Part shown: one piece after another, positions 31,391 to 41,366 of the stretch | How positions within the stretch are numbered: position 1 is the first letter of the stretch | Layout of the letters: each line of letters begins with the position of its first letter | Notes under the pieces: model-generated | Seen by the model: only the letters and a program-made list of their open reading frames with translations | The model's database searches: none | Told to the model about the DNA's origin: nothing | DNA from: an uncultured virus (IMG/VR IMGVR_UViG_3300036466_000576) | Taxonomy: Duplodnaviria > Heunggongvirae > Uroviricota > Caudoviricetes | IMG/VR virus record: IMGVR_UViG_3300036466_000576 | Length of the DNA: 64,000 bases | Direction: 5' to 3' (one strand) | Program-made: the position numbers and the translations under genes

Positions 31391-33640
31391 TTAACTTAAT
31401 ATAAATCTTTTTAATAATGTTTCTACTTTTTTATTTAAATGTTCTATCCTATTTACTTTGATTTTGTTTTTATATAAATAATCTATATGGTTATGATTAT
31501 TTCCAATTGATATTCCAGCCAATGTAATCCCTTTGCGTTCAGCTTCAATTATAGCTTTTTTTGTATCTTCTAAAGCAGTTGAATCGGAATAATGGGTAGC
31601 ATTACTTTGCTTGTATGAATGACTAGGTTGACCATCCGAAATTACAAACATAATTTTTCTTTCTTCTCTTCTTTCTTCTAATGCTTTAGTTGCTATTCTA
31701 ATAGAATATCCGTCTCTATTTTCACCATCAACTTGATAATTAGAAACTCCATAATTATATCTTGATTTTAATGACTGTTCAAAATTAATGTGTCTGTAAT
31801 TTAGAACTCCACCAATTGAAGTATAATCATAACGACCACCACATACGGTTCTAAAAGACCAGAGTGCATGTACTATATCAAGTTTCTGCAAACCCTCATG
31901 AAACATTATTCCTGCCTTTAATGCGTTGGTTGCTCTACGACCACAAGACATACTGCCAGAAGCGTCTAATAGCAGCATAAAGGACATATTAGGAAGGTCT
32001 TTTCTTTTTTTATAAAACATATCTGTTTTTCCCGATTTTATTTTATATAAATTTCTATTATCTAATTTGCCTGTTTTTTTATTTCTGACCTTACTGTTAT
32101 TTTTTCTATAAATCATTATTCTCTTTATGCTGTTAGTAAAATCTTTAATAACAGGATTAACATCATTAACTATATTTTTGTATCTGTTTTTATCAGAAAT
32201 AGATACACTAGAAGGTGTAATTGGAGGGATATCAAACAATTTAACCCCTTCATGTATTCCTTCAAGCTCAGATTCTTCTCCATAGTGATTAGCTTTTGAT
32301 TTTTTATCTTCTTCTTTTTTAGCTTTTTCTCTTTCTTTTTCTTCCTGCTTTAGCTCTTCCAATTCTTTCTTCTTTTCCTCTAAAAACTCCTTATATTCTT
32401 TGTCAGACATTAAAGGATTACTATTTTTTGAAGAGTTTTCTTCCTTCTTTTTCTCATTATCCTCCTCATTATTATCTGACTTATCATCATTACTAGTATT
32501 TTCTGTATCTTTTTTTTCAGTTTCTTCTTTATTAGCTTTCTTTTCTTTTTTATCCTCTTCTTTTTCTGAAGAATTATTCTTTTCTTCATCAGTATCTTTA
32601 TTACTATTATTCTCTTCTGAACTATTTGAATCATTATCCTCTTTATCATTTTCTTCTTTGTTTGAAGAATGATTTTTTGAGCTAGATTTTTCTTCATTTG
32701 AATCTTCTTTTAAATCTTCTTGAGTTGAAGATCCGTTTTTGTTTTTACTGGAATCTTCTTCAAATTCATTTGAATCATCTTTTGAATTACTAGCTCCGCT
32801 TTCTTCATCTGGTTCGTCTTCAGATTCAGTTTCTTCTTTTTCTTGAGGAACTGCATTGCTTTGTCTTGGCACTCGCTCCTCATTGTTATTTTCAAACTCC
32901 TCTAACTCTTGATCCATATTTAATGCTTCCATTAATTCCTGTAATGCCTCCATCATTTCTTTTTGTTTCTCATAATCTTCCTCTAATTCTTGTATTAAAT
33001 TTTCTATTTCACTCATTAATATATTTACAATAGGCAAAAGCTCATTAGATGTCTTTTTATATTTTGCTCCATCAACTTCTTTAATAATTCGTTTATCTTT
33101 GAAAATTTTATTAATTTTTTTATTTTCTATTCCAGGAACATAATCAAAGAAAGCATATATCCAAAGTGAAGAGAAAAACTCTTCTAATGGACTAGCCTTA
33201 TCTTCTCTTTCTTTTTTACTTTCCAATCCTTTATCATGATAAAACTTATTGGTAAAATCACGAATTTTAATAAGCCCCTGATAATCAGCAACAAGTGCTT
33301 CTTCGATCCTTGCATCTTCTAATATATTTAATATTTTATGTGCTATATTTTTTCTAACATTACTGTCATATGATTTATTGAGAAGTTCTAAAGTTTCAAA
33401 ATTAGTATATAAATTATGAGCTATTTCATGATAATTAAGAAATAAACCCATAAGGTATTTTTCTACTTCATCCAATTCTTTAAAGTTTTCAATTTCAGGG
33501 ATATTTATATAAATGTTCTGAAAGTCAGTTGAGGTTCTTCGGTTTTTAGAAAAAACAACTTTCAAATTAGTATTTCTAGTTAAAGAAGAAGATATTTTCT
33601 GAAACAAATTTCTAGTCGATTCCATAAATACTGTTGTCAT
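31391..33640 (-). CDS. CobT-like protein: HExxH metallopeptidase-like domain, acidic linker, vWA domain
   Basis: YHEIAH, NILEDARIE; MIDAS DASGSMS; ISDGQP. Confidence 0.88.
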   Translation of the reverse strand: MTTVFMESTRNLFQKISSSLTRNTNLKVVFSKNRRTSTDFQNIYINIPEIENFKELDEVEKYLMGLFLNYHEIAHNLYTNFETLELLNKSYDSNVRKNIAHKILNILEDARIEEALVADYQGLIKIRDFTNKFYHDKGLESKKEREDKASPLEEFFSSLWIYAFFDYVPGIENKKINKIFKDKRIIKEVDGAKYKKTSNELLPIVNILMSEIENLIQELEEDYEKQKEMMEALQELMEALNMDQELEEFENNNEERVPRQSNAVPQEKEETESEDEPDEESGASNSKDDSNEFEEDSSKNKNGSSTQEDLKEDSNEEKSSSKNHSSNKEENDKEDNDSNSSEENNSNKDTDEEKNNSSEKEEDKKEKKANKEETEKKDTENTSNDDKSDNNEEDNEKKKEENSSKNSNPLMSDKEYKEFLEEKKKELEELKQEEKEREKAKKEEDKKSKANHYGEESELEGIHEGVKLFDIPPITPSSVSISDKNRYKNIVNDVNPVIKDFTNSIKRIMIYRKNNSKVRNKKTGKLDNRNLYKIKSGKTDMFYKKRKDLPNMSFMLLLDASGSMSCGRRATNALKAGIMFHEGLQKLDIVHALWSFRTVCGGRYDYTSIGGVLNYRHINFEQSLKSRYNYGVSNYQVDGENRDGYSIRIATKALEERREERKIMFVISDGQPSHSYKQSNATHYSDSTALEDTKKAIIEAERKGITLAGISIGNNHNHIDYLYKNKIKVNRIEHLNKKVETLLKRFILS

Positions 33641-33714
33641 AATTTAATTCCTCCTTTTATAATAAAAAGATAGAGTATTAACTAAAACTACTCCATCATC
33701 TACAAGTTCAATTA

Positions 33715-35337
33715 TTAGCCAAAATATGCTCTAATATGCTCTTTTATCAGTTTAGTTTCTTGGTCGTCATCAGCAACAGTTTCAATCAATGTTACTTCTG
33801 CTGCTTTTTTAGCACCAATGATTTGAGAAAATTTATACCATTTAATGCCCGTACCTGTATCAGCGGGATTTAACAAATCATTGTTCTTTTGTGATTGACG
33901 GCAAAGACTTAAAACTCCAACTATATTGCGAGCAAGTCTTTCATCTCTAACACCACCAGCTTTAGCCATAATTATTTCCATCTCTTTATCTTCTGATAAA
34001 TAATCAAATCGTAATACTAAATCAAACCTTCTCTTAGTCGCTTGATTTAAGCGATTAACACCGCTATAAATATCTCCCTCATTCATAGTTGCAATAAAAA
34101 AGAAATCGTCATGTGCTTGAATAGGTTTACCATAATCAATAATTTCTAGTCTCCTTCTATCATCGAGTACAGAGTGTAATGCAATATTTATTCCAGGATT
34201 CATTGCGTTAAATTCATCAACTAAAGCAATTCCTCCGTTTAAAAGAGGTTTTGTGATTTGACCAGGAATAAACTTAACCTCTCCATCTTCAATGGTGTTT
34301 TTACCAATAAAGAGATCGCTCTCTGCATCATTTGAAGCAACAACCTCATAAAGTGGTATTTGCAATTCATAGGATAATTTTTCCACCAATGTAGTTTTAC
34401 CTGTTCCAGTATCTCCAATCAGCAAAACACTCATTCTTCTTTTAATGGCTTCATTTAATAAAGCTATTTTATCTTTATCAACTTCTAAATCACCTGGATC
34501 TTTTGAAATAAAAGCTTTTTCTCTATCGCTCCATTCTTCCTTTGTAATATTAATTTTAGCAGCATCAAAAATGGTAGTTTTCTTTTTTTTCTTTTTCTTT
34601 AATTTTGTGCTTATTTTAGTTACTACTGTACTTGATTTTTTACCAACCAATTCTTCTGTTATTAAATAGTCATCAAATTCGGTATATGAAACATTATATA
34701 ATTTGTCAAAATCTGCATCATTTAAAGAGGGATCTAAATTATTGCTTACCTCTTTATAAATTAGATTTTTATAATCAAAAGTAAAATCTTTTTCTTGATC
34801 ACTAATAGATTTATAAACTATTGATTCACAGTGATTTTTTTTAACTGCAAAATAAATATCGTCAGAAGCAGATAAAAAATCCCACTGCATATCATTAAAG
34901 CTCTTGATACTGTAAAGAGTTTTAATTTTATTTCTAAAACTAACAGAAGTCATATACTCATTAATAATATACGGCAACATATGAACCCAGGTATAAGAAC
35001 CATATTCCTCTAAATCACTATTACTTCTTTTATCATAATAAACTGTCATATCGGCATTACCTTTATCAAATTCTAGTTGGTGATTTACTCCATGATATTT
35101 CACTTCAAAAGTAAGCCTATTAGTTCCGTTTAGTGCAATTCCCAAAACAGAAGGATCTTCATAGATTAAATAGCTTAAAGCTTTTCCTATTTGATAGGAT
35201 AGAGACATTCTACCAAAAGAGTTTTCATCTCCAAAAGCCCTAGGATCTTTAATTCTAGAAAACTCTTTTGCTTTAATTCCTAAGTAATCAATAACCTTGT
35301 CTTGTAATTTAAATAAATCATTAATTTTTAATGCCAT
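33715..35337 (-). CDS. MoxR/CobS/CbbQ-type AAA+ ATPase with long N-terminal extension
   Basis: GDTGTGKT, LVDEFN, IATMN, NQATKRRF. Confidence 0.9.
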   Translation of the reverse strand: MALKINDLFKLQDKVIDYLGIKAKEFSRIKDPRAFGDENSFGRMSLSYQIGKALSYLIYEDPSVLGIALNGTNRLTFEVKYHGVNHQLEFDKGNADMTVYYDKRSNSDLEEYGSYTWVHMLPYIINEYMTSVSFRNKIKTLYSIKSFNDMQWDFLSASDDIYFAVKKNHCESIVYKSISDQEKDFTFDYKNLIYKEVSNNLDPSLNDADFDKLYNVSYTEFDDYLITEELVGKKSSTVVTKISTKLKKKKKKKTTIFDAAKINITKEEWSDREKAFISKDPGDLEVDKDKIALLNEAIKRRMSVLLIGDTGTGKTTLVEKLSYELQIPLYEVVASNDAESDLFIGKNTIEDGEVKFIPGQITKPLLNGGIALVDEFNAMNPGINIALHSVLDDRRRLEIIDYGKPIQAHDDFFFIATMNEGDIYSGVNRLNQATKRRFDLVLRFDYLSEDKEMEIIMAKAGGVRDERLARNIVGVLSLCRQSQKNNDLLNPADTGTGIKWYKFSQIIGAKKAAEVTLIETVADDDQETKLIKEHIRAYFG

Positions 35338-35554
35338 AATATTATCTCTCCTTTTGTTGTTTTAAATATGCTATTTTATTTTAAAAATAAATATTAAATT
35401 GTAATATAATTTGTCTTTATAAACTCCTTAATTTGTCTTTTTTTATCTTAAAAATGTCATAATTTTTTAATATAAATATATTATACCATATAATAGAAAT
35501 TATACAAAAAGATACCATTAACATTCTCAAAAATATTAATGGTATCTAAAATTT

Positions 35555-36556
35555 TTATTTTAATTTTTTTGCTATTTCTTCAATAACTGGAATACTAACA
35601 GAGTTACCAGCCTGTTTATATAACTGACTATCACTCATTCCAATATTTTTTGCTTTATAAAAATCTTCATCAGAGAATCCCTGTAATCTCCAATATTCTA
35701 AAGGAGTTAATTCTCTTATTTTAATGTCTCCCTTGCAAATCGAGACTATACCATGCTTATCCTGTTTAGTAATAGTGAACATTGGTTCTCCAACTTCCTT
35801 TATTCTTCTTCCATTTTGCCTTTTTTCAAGCCTATTTGGAGTTAAAATAGCTCTAACTTCTTCATAGTTTTCTATTATTTTGGGAATTTGACCTCCACCC
35901 TGTACTTTTGTAAGAGTTGGAGACAACCCTCTTGAATCATAAATTCTACCAGTTTGAGGATTTTTTCTTTTCCTTATATCTTCTTCTATATTTGCAACTT
36001 GTTTAATAAAATTTTTTGTTTTTCTTTTGATAGGAAATATTTCTGGTGGGGATTTTTCTCCAGAATATGCGACAATGAATACCCTTTCTCTGCTTTGGGG
36101 TAATCCGAAATCTTTAGTGTTAAGAGTCTGCCATTGGATATACTCATACCCAACTCCGTGAACGGCGTTGAGGATTGTTGCGAAAGCACTTCCTCCACTT
36201 TGGGAAAGTAGTCCTTTGACATTCTCCATGAATAAATATTTAGGCTTTCTTTTTTTAGCCAGTCTAAGGACTTCAAAAATGAGAGTCCCTCTTGTATCTT
36301 CGAGACCTCCTCTTCTTCCAGCCACCGAAAAACTCTGACAGGGAAATCCAATTGTATAGACTTCGGCTTCTGGAAGACTGGAAGCATTAATTGTTCGTAC
36401 ATTATCATTAAAAAATTCTCCTTCCGTATTATAAAGTGTTTTATAACTTTTTTGAGCAAATTTATCTATTTCGCACCAGCCAACAGGCTTATGTCCTGCA
36501 TTGGTCATTCCTTGTCTAAAACCACCTATTCCAGCAAAAAAATCTATAAATTTCAA
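35555..36556 (-). CDS. dcm: Orphan C5-cytosine DNA methyltransferase
   Basis: FFAGIGG, GFPCQSFS, ENV, QSRERVF, RELTPLE..RLQGF, QAGNSV. Confidence 0.95.
   Translation of the reverse strand: MKFIDFFAGIGGFRQGMTNAGHKPVGWCEIDKFAQKSYKTLYNTEGEFFNDNVRTINASSLPEAEVYTIGFPCQSFSVAGRRGGLEDTRGTLIFEVLRLAKKRKPKYLFMENVKGLLSQSGGSAFATILNAVHGVGYEYIQWQTLNTKDFGLPQSRERVFIVAYSGEKSPPEIFPIKRKTKNFIKQVANIEEDIRKRKNPQTGRIYDSRGLSPTLTKVQGGGQIPKIIENYEEVRAILTPNRLEKRQNGRRIKEVGEPMFTITKQDKHGIVSICKGDIKIRELTPLEYWRLQGFSDEDFYKAKNIGMSDSQLYKQAGNSVSIPVIEEIAKKLK
35986..36408 (-). CDS. Nested alternative-frame ORF (140 aa), putative methyltransferase beta polypeptide
   Basis: Internal AAGGAG 9 nt before ATG 36408; C-terminal TLKISDYPK...SLSHILE...KYFLS. 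Confidence 0.7.
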   Translation of the reverse strand: MIMYEQLMLPVFQKPKSIQLDFPVRVFRWLEEEEVSKIQEGLSFLKSLDWLKKESLNIYSWRMSKDYFPKVEEVLSQQSSTPFTELGMSISNGRLLTLKISDYPKAEKGYSLSHILEKNPHQKYFLSKEKQKILLNKLQI

Positions 36557-36909
36557 CTATTTTCACCTTCTTCAATTTTTAAATAATCCCCTACTTTTAA
36601 ATGAGATATATCTTTTCTCACAGAAAACTCTAAAACTTTTGAAGCTTTAGATACCAAAGGTATTATTTTAAAAGGTGGTATAACTTTATCAATTCTTACA
36701 ATTTTTTCTTTTTTATCTAAAAAAATAACTGAAATCGGAAATTTCATAAAAAATGTGTGAATTCCCTTACATTTTGTAATCAACATTCCGTCTTGTTTTG
36801 ATATTCCTTTTGTTTTTAAAAATCCAACTCTTCTTTCTTTACCTGTTTCAGTAATTTTAAGGTTTTCTAAGAAAATATTTTTATTATATATTACTTTTCC
36901 TTTTTTCAT
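36553..36909 (-). CDS. DUF192-family protein
   Basis: RRVGFL, GMLI, IHTFFMKFPISVIFLD, VLE. Confidence 0.88.
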   Translation of the reverse strand: MKKGKVIYNKNIFLENLKITETGKERRVGFLKTKGISKQDGMLITKCKGIHTFFMKFPISVIFLDKKEKIVRIDKVIPPFKIIPLVSKASKVLEFSVRKDISHLKVGDYLKIEEGENS

Positions 36910-37323
36910 TTATATCATCCTTATTTCTGGTTTTATTTCAAATTCAGATACTTGAGTGTTTAAAAATGGTAAATATTTTTCTTTGATAAATTGAGAAACC
37001 ATAACAACAGTAACTATATGTTTTTCTTTTGATAAAAAGACTTTATTTTTATAAATAAAACATTCTTCAAAATCCTGACGAAGACTTCTTTTGCTCCCAT
37101 ATTGTTCATGCCTTTCATATTTAACTTTTTTCAAATAAGGTTCTATATTTTTTTTATCAAATCTAATTGCTTTTTCAAAATCTTTTCTTGCCATTTGTGT
37201 TATTTTAACAAAAGAATCTTTGCTTGAACAAAATCTAACTCCATATTGATCAATTCCATGTGAAGTAAATTTGTATTGATCAGCCAACTTATTATTTGCT
37301 ATCTTTTTATTTTTACTAACCAT
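36910..37323 (-). CDS. Hypothetical protein
   Basis: RBS AGGAGGAG; FTSHGIDQY...IVTV pattern loosely RelE/DUF4258-like. Confidence 0.7.
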   Translation of the reverse strand: MVSKNKKIANNKLADQYKFTSHGIDQYGVRFCSSKDSFVKITQMARKDFEKAIRFDKKNIEPYLKKVKYERHEQYGSKRSLRQDFEECFIYKNKVFLSKEKHIVTVVMVSQFIKEKYLPFLNTQVSEFEIKPEIRMI

Positions 37324-37364
37324 TATTTTCTCCTCCTGAATATTAAGCTACAACAACCTTTGAC

Positions 37365-37667
37365 TTATACTAAAAACTTATTTAAATTTAATACTACCCC
37401 TAGTATTAAAAATGAAACTATTACTATATAAATTTCATATTTTAAAACCTGCTTTGTAAAAAATTCCTCCAATTCATTATTAATCTTATTTATTTTTCTT
37501 AATAATAATATTATTATAAAACTAATACCACCAATATATGGTGATATTAGTGCATTTAAAAACCAACATTTATAATTCTTTTCTTTTTTGTAAGCAATGA
37601 ATGTTACTATAACAATAATCAAAATTTTAAAAAGAAAATTATAAATATCATTAAATTCATATATCAT
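37365..37667 (-). CDS. Small three-TM membrane protein
   Basis: Hydrophobic; translationally coupled to upstream gene. Confidence 0.65.
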   Translation of the reverse strand: MIYEFNDIYNFLFKILIIVIVTFIAYKKEKNYKCWFLNALISPYIGGISFIIILLLRKINKINNELEEFFTKQVLKYEIYIVIVSFLILGVVLNLNKFLV

Positions 37668-37924
37668 ATTTTTTTACTCCTTTTTATCACCAGTCTATAT
37701 TTTCTTTTTTTAATTAATAATTCATTTTCTATTGCATATAAACAAGGAATTGCTTTTGGGTCCATAAATCTATCATATGCTGCACAATAATAATGACCAT
37801 CATGTCTTATACAATCTTTACAGTTTTTTTTTGTGCAACTATGAATTTGTTTATATTTAGATATTATTCCAAATAGTTCTCGTATCCTTAAAGTTTGATA
37901 CCTTAATTTATCGTAAAACTTCAT
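37664..37924 (-). CDS. Small Cys-rich protein
   Basis: CTKKNCKDC...YC...C; RBS AAGGAGG. Confidence 0.7.
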   Translation of the reverse strand: MKFYDKLRYQTLRIRELFGIISKYKQIHSCTKKNCKDCIRHDGHYYCAAYDRFMDPKAIPCLYAIENELLIKKRKYRLVIKRSKKI

Positions 37925-38004
37925 TCATAGACCACCCTCCTTTCGTTAATATTAACATAATTTGGTAATACTGTCAATATATATTTTAGTAGCATTGGTA
38001 ATTA

Positions 38005-38033
38005 TTGACACTTGTTTTTTATTGTGATAATAT
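38005..38033 (+). promoter_or_regulatory. topA promoter
   Basis: TTGACA, 17 bp, TAATAT with extended TG. Confidence 0.65.
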
Positions 38034-38082
38034 ATAATTAATAGAATTATATTAATATATTGGAAAAAAGGAGAGTGTCAAA

Positions 38083-40482
38083 ATGAATTTAGTAATTGTT
38101 GAATCGCCAGCAAAAGCAAAAAGTATTTCCAGTTATTTAGGTAAAAACTATATAGTACGAGCAAGCTTAGGACACATAAAAGATTTGCCTCGAAAAAAAT
38201 TAGGGATTGATATAAATAATAATTTTGAACCAAATTATGAAGTTATTTATGGTAAAGGGAAAACAATTAAAGATTTAGTAAGTAGAGCTAAAAATGCTGA
38301 AAAAGTTTTCCTTGCAACTGATCCAGATAGAGAGGGGGAAGCTATCTCCTGGCATCTAGAACAGGAAATTAAAAAAGTTAATTCTAATATATCAAGAGTT
38401 ACATTTAATGAAATAACAAAAAAAGTAGTAAGAGAAGCAGTTACAAACCCTAAAAATATAGACTATAATATGGTTAATGCTCAACAGGCACGAAGACTAT
38501 TAGATAGATTAGTAGGATATAAAGTATCTCCTCTCTTATGGAAAAATTTTAAAGGAGAAAAAGGTTTGTCGGCAGGAAGAGTTCAATCGGTAGCATTGAA
38601 ACTTGTATATGAATTAGAAAAAGAAATTGAAAACTTTGATCCAGAAGAATACTGGTCAATTGATGGAGAGTTTTTCAAAGATAAAGAAGAAAATTCATTT
38701 TCTTCAAAACTTGATACTATAAATGGGAAGAAAATATCAAAAAATATAAAGAACGAAGAAACTGCTAAAAAAATTTTATCAGATATAAAAAGTAATGACA
38801 TAAAAATCAAAAATATTGATGAGAAAACAACAAACAGATATCCTTATGCACCATTTACAACTAATTCTTTGCAGCAGGAAGCAAGTTCTAAATTAGGTAT
38901 TAAGCCAAAAGATACTATGAAAATCGCTCAAAAACTATATGAAGGTTTTCAATTTAAAGGTGAACATGTAGGTTTAATAACTTACATGAGAACAGATTCT
39001 ACAAATATTTCAGATGTAGCTATTACTGAAGCAAGAAGTTATATTAAAAATAATATTGGAGAAGATTATTTGCCTAGCTCTAAAAAAACTTATGCTACAA
39101 AAGGAAAATCTGCACAGGAAGCACATGAAGCTATAAGACCAACTCATGTTGAATATACACCTAATGATTTAAAAGGTGTTTTAAATAGTAATCAATTAAA
39201 AATGTATGAACTTATTTGGAGAAGATTTGTTGCTTGTCAAATGGAAAATGCTAAATTCGCTTCAACAACCATCATTTTATCAGCAGGGGAAAAGTATGAA
39301 TTTAAAACAACTGGATCTCAAATGTTATTTAATGGTTATTTAAAAATATATAAATATGTTAATAGCTCAAACACATTGTTGCCTGCCAATTTAGAAGAAG
39401 AAGATATTTTGCAAACCAAAGAAATTGACAAAAAACAACATTTCACTAATCCTCCCACCCGTTTTACTGAAGCAACATTGGTAAAAGAGTTGGATGATAA
39501 GGGAATTGGAAGACCAAGCACTTATGCAACAATCATCTCGAATATTCAAGACAAAAACTATGTAAAAAAATATAAAAAGAAATATTTGCAACCCACAGAA
39601 CTAGGTGTTAAAGTAATTGAATATTTATTGAAGCATTTCGACAATATTTTCAAAATTAATTTTACCGCTCAAATGGAAAATGATCTAGATACTATTGCAA
39701 ACGGTGATTTAAATTGGAAAGATATGTTGGCTAATTTTTATAAAGAGTTTTTAATAACTTATGAACCCGCTTTAGAGAAAGCAAATAAAGTTCAATATGA
39801 AAAAGCTAATTTTATTTGTCCTGACTGTGGATCAGATGTTTATATTAGAAACGGTAATTATGGAAAATTCTATGCCTGTTCTAGTTATCCCAAATGTAAA
39901 TTTTCAAGATCAGTAGATAGTAAAAAGAAAAAATCAACTATTAAAAAAACAGGTAAAAAGTGTCCCGATTGTAGTAGTGAATTAGTTATTAGAAAGGGAA
40001 AATACGGTGAATTTTATTCTTGTTCCAATTATCCAAAGTGTAAATACTCAAAACCAATTAAAGAAAAGAAAAAATCAACTATTAAAAAAACAGGTAAAAG
40101 TTGTCCCGATTGTGGTAGTGAATTAGTTATTAGAAAGGGAAAATACGGTGAATTTTATTCTTGTTCCAATTATCCAAAGTGTAAATACTCAAAACCAATT
40201 AAAGAAAAGAAAAAATCAACTATTAAAAAAACAGGTAAAAGTTGTCCCGATTGTGGTAGTGAATTAGTTATTAGAAAGGGAAAATACGGTGAATTTTATT
40301 CTTGTTCCAATTATCCAAAGTGCACTTATACTAAGCCTTTAAAAGTTAAAGTGGTTGGGAAATGTCCCGAATGCGGTGGAGAAGTTTTAGAGAAAAAAAC
40401 TAAGAAGGATAATATATTTTTTGGTTGTAATAATTATCCTAAATGCGATTTTGCTACCTGGAAAAAAAATGATTTAAAATAA
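38083..40482 (+). CDS. topA: DNA topoisomerase I with five C-terminal zinc ribbons
   Basis: IVESPAKAK, ATDPDREGE, SAGRVQS, ITYMRTDS, AHEAIRPT, GIGRPSTYA. Confidence 0.97.
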   Translation: MNLVIVESPAKAKSISSYLGKNYIVRASLGHIKDLPRKKLGIDINNNFEPNYEVIYGKGKTIKDLVSRAKNAEKVFLATDPDREGEAISWHLEQEIKKVNSNISRVTFNEITKKVVREAVTNPKNIDYNMVNAQQARRLLDRLVGYKVSPLLWKNFKGEKGLSAGRVQSVALKLVYELEKEIENFDPEEYWSIDGEFFKDKEENSFSSKLDTINGKKISKNIKNEETAKKILSDIKSNDIKIKNIDEKTTNRYPYAPFTTNSLQQEASSKLGIKPKDTMKIAQKLYEGFQFKGEHVGLITYMRTDSTNISDVAITEARSYIKNNIGEDYLPSSKKTYATKGKSAQEAHEAIRPTHVEYTPNDLKGVLNSNQLKMYELIWRRFVACQMENAKFASTTIILSAGEKYEFKTTGSQMLFNGYLKIYKYVNSSNTLLPANLEEEDILQTKEIDKKQHFTNPPTRFTEATLVKELDDKGIGRPSTYATIISNIQDKNYVKKYKKKYLQPTELGVKVIEYLLKHFDNIFKINFTAQMENDLDTIANGDLNWKDMLANFYKEFLITYEPALEKANKVQYEKANFICPDCGSDVYIRNGNYGKFYACSSYPKCKFSRSVDSKKKKSTIKKTGKKCPDCSSELVIRKGKYGEFYSCSNYPKCKYSKPIKEKKKSTIKKTGKSCPDCGSELVIRKGKYGEFYSCSNYPKCKYSKPIKEKKKSTIKKTGKSCPDCGSELVIRKGKYGEFYSCSNYPKCTYTKPLKVKVVGKCPECGGEVLEKKTKKDNIFFGCNNYPKCDFATWKKNDLK
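39923..40322 (+). repeat. 141-bp near-identical tandem repeat (about 2.8 copies) encoding zinc ribbons
   Basis: AAAAAATCAACT ends at 39939, 40080 and 40221. Confidence 0.95.
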
Positions 40483-40497
40483 AAAGGAGGTAAAAAT

Positions 40498-41124
40498 TTG
40501 TTAGATATTTTAAAATTTCAATTTACTAACTTAAAAAATTCTTTTACAAATCCAAATAAAAATATTAAATATTTAAAAGATAAAAATATTTTATCTATAA
40601 TATCAAGTTTTATTATTTATTTAATATTATTTCATGTTTTAATTAATGGCTTTATCGTTTTAATAGAAAAAAACGCAGTGTTTTATCTCCCATTGATGGG
40701 ATTATCATTAAAATATCTTTTATTTGGTGTTGGTTTTTCATTATTTATTTCTTTTGGAAGGATGATAATATGTCATTTTATTTTTAATTTAAAAAAATTA
40801 AAGCATTCAAGAAAATTTAATAAAAAAATAATGAAAAATGCTTTAGTTTATTATTTAAACGCATTTTTTCTTATTGGTCTCTATATTAATATAAATATGT
40901 ATATCAATAATTTAATACCAGCTTTTAATATTTTCTTTTGGGGACTTATTTTAATGATATTATTTTTTCAAATCAGTCAATCATTTTATATTAGCTATAC
41001 GCCCTATTTTAAACAAAAAACTGAAGTAAGAAATTATTTGTTTCTTAGTGGTTTTGTTAATTTAATTGTAACTTTTTTATTATATGTGTTTTTATTGAAT
41101 CCAATACTTGAAGTTTTATTTTAA
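40498..41124 (+). CDS. Yip1-like polytopic membrane protein
   Basis: SFTNP motif then about 5 TM; RBS AGGAGG, TTG start. Confidence 0.6.
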   Translation: MLDILKFQFTNLKNSFTNPNKNIKYLKDKNILSIISSFIIYLILFHVLINGFIVLIEKNAVFYLPLMGLSLKYLLFGVGFSLFISFGRMIICHFIFNLKKLKHSRKFNKKIMKNALVYYLNAFFLIGLYININMYINNLIPAFNIFFWGLILMILFFQISQSFYISYTPYFKQKTEVRNYLFLSGFVNLIVTFLLYVFLLNPILEVLF

Positions 41125-41140
41125 AAATTAAATAAATAAT

Positions 41141-41173
41141 TAAAAACCCTACATTATATAATGTAGGGTTTTT
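41141..41173. terminator. Bidirectional intrinsic terminator
   Basis: TAAAAACCCTACAT / ATGTAGGGTTTTTA. Confidence 0.85.
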
Positions 41174-41201
41174 AAAAGGGGAATTTAAGTATGGTGTTTT
41201 A

Positions 41202-41366
41202 TTAACGGGCTAAACCTTCTCTTGAAACATAACCTTTTGAAACTGTCTTATTTTCTCTTCCATAATAATGTATTAATTCATTACCAGAAAGAGCCTGAAT
41301 AACACCAGCTTCATCTCTTGCCTGACGATCTTTTTTAAACTGTTCTTGTAAAATATTTTTTTTCAT
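41202..41366 (-). CDS. 54-aa hypothetical protein
   Basis: Start moved to ATG 41366 after AAGGAGAG. Confidence 0.7.
   Translation of the reverse strand: MKKNILQEQFKKDRQARDEAGVIQALSGNELIHYYGRENKTVSKGYVSREGLAR

Noticed and set aside
32400..32895. Alternative-frame and antisense ORFs inside the vWA gene linker
   Set aside because: Explained by low-complexity GAA/AAT-rich codons; no RBS or motif
31391..35337. Cobaltochelatase CobST for vitamin B12 synthesis
   Set aside because: No cobN or other cobalamin genes nearby
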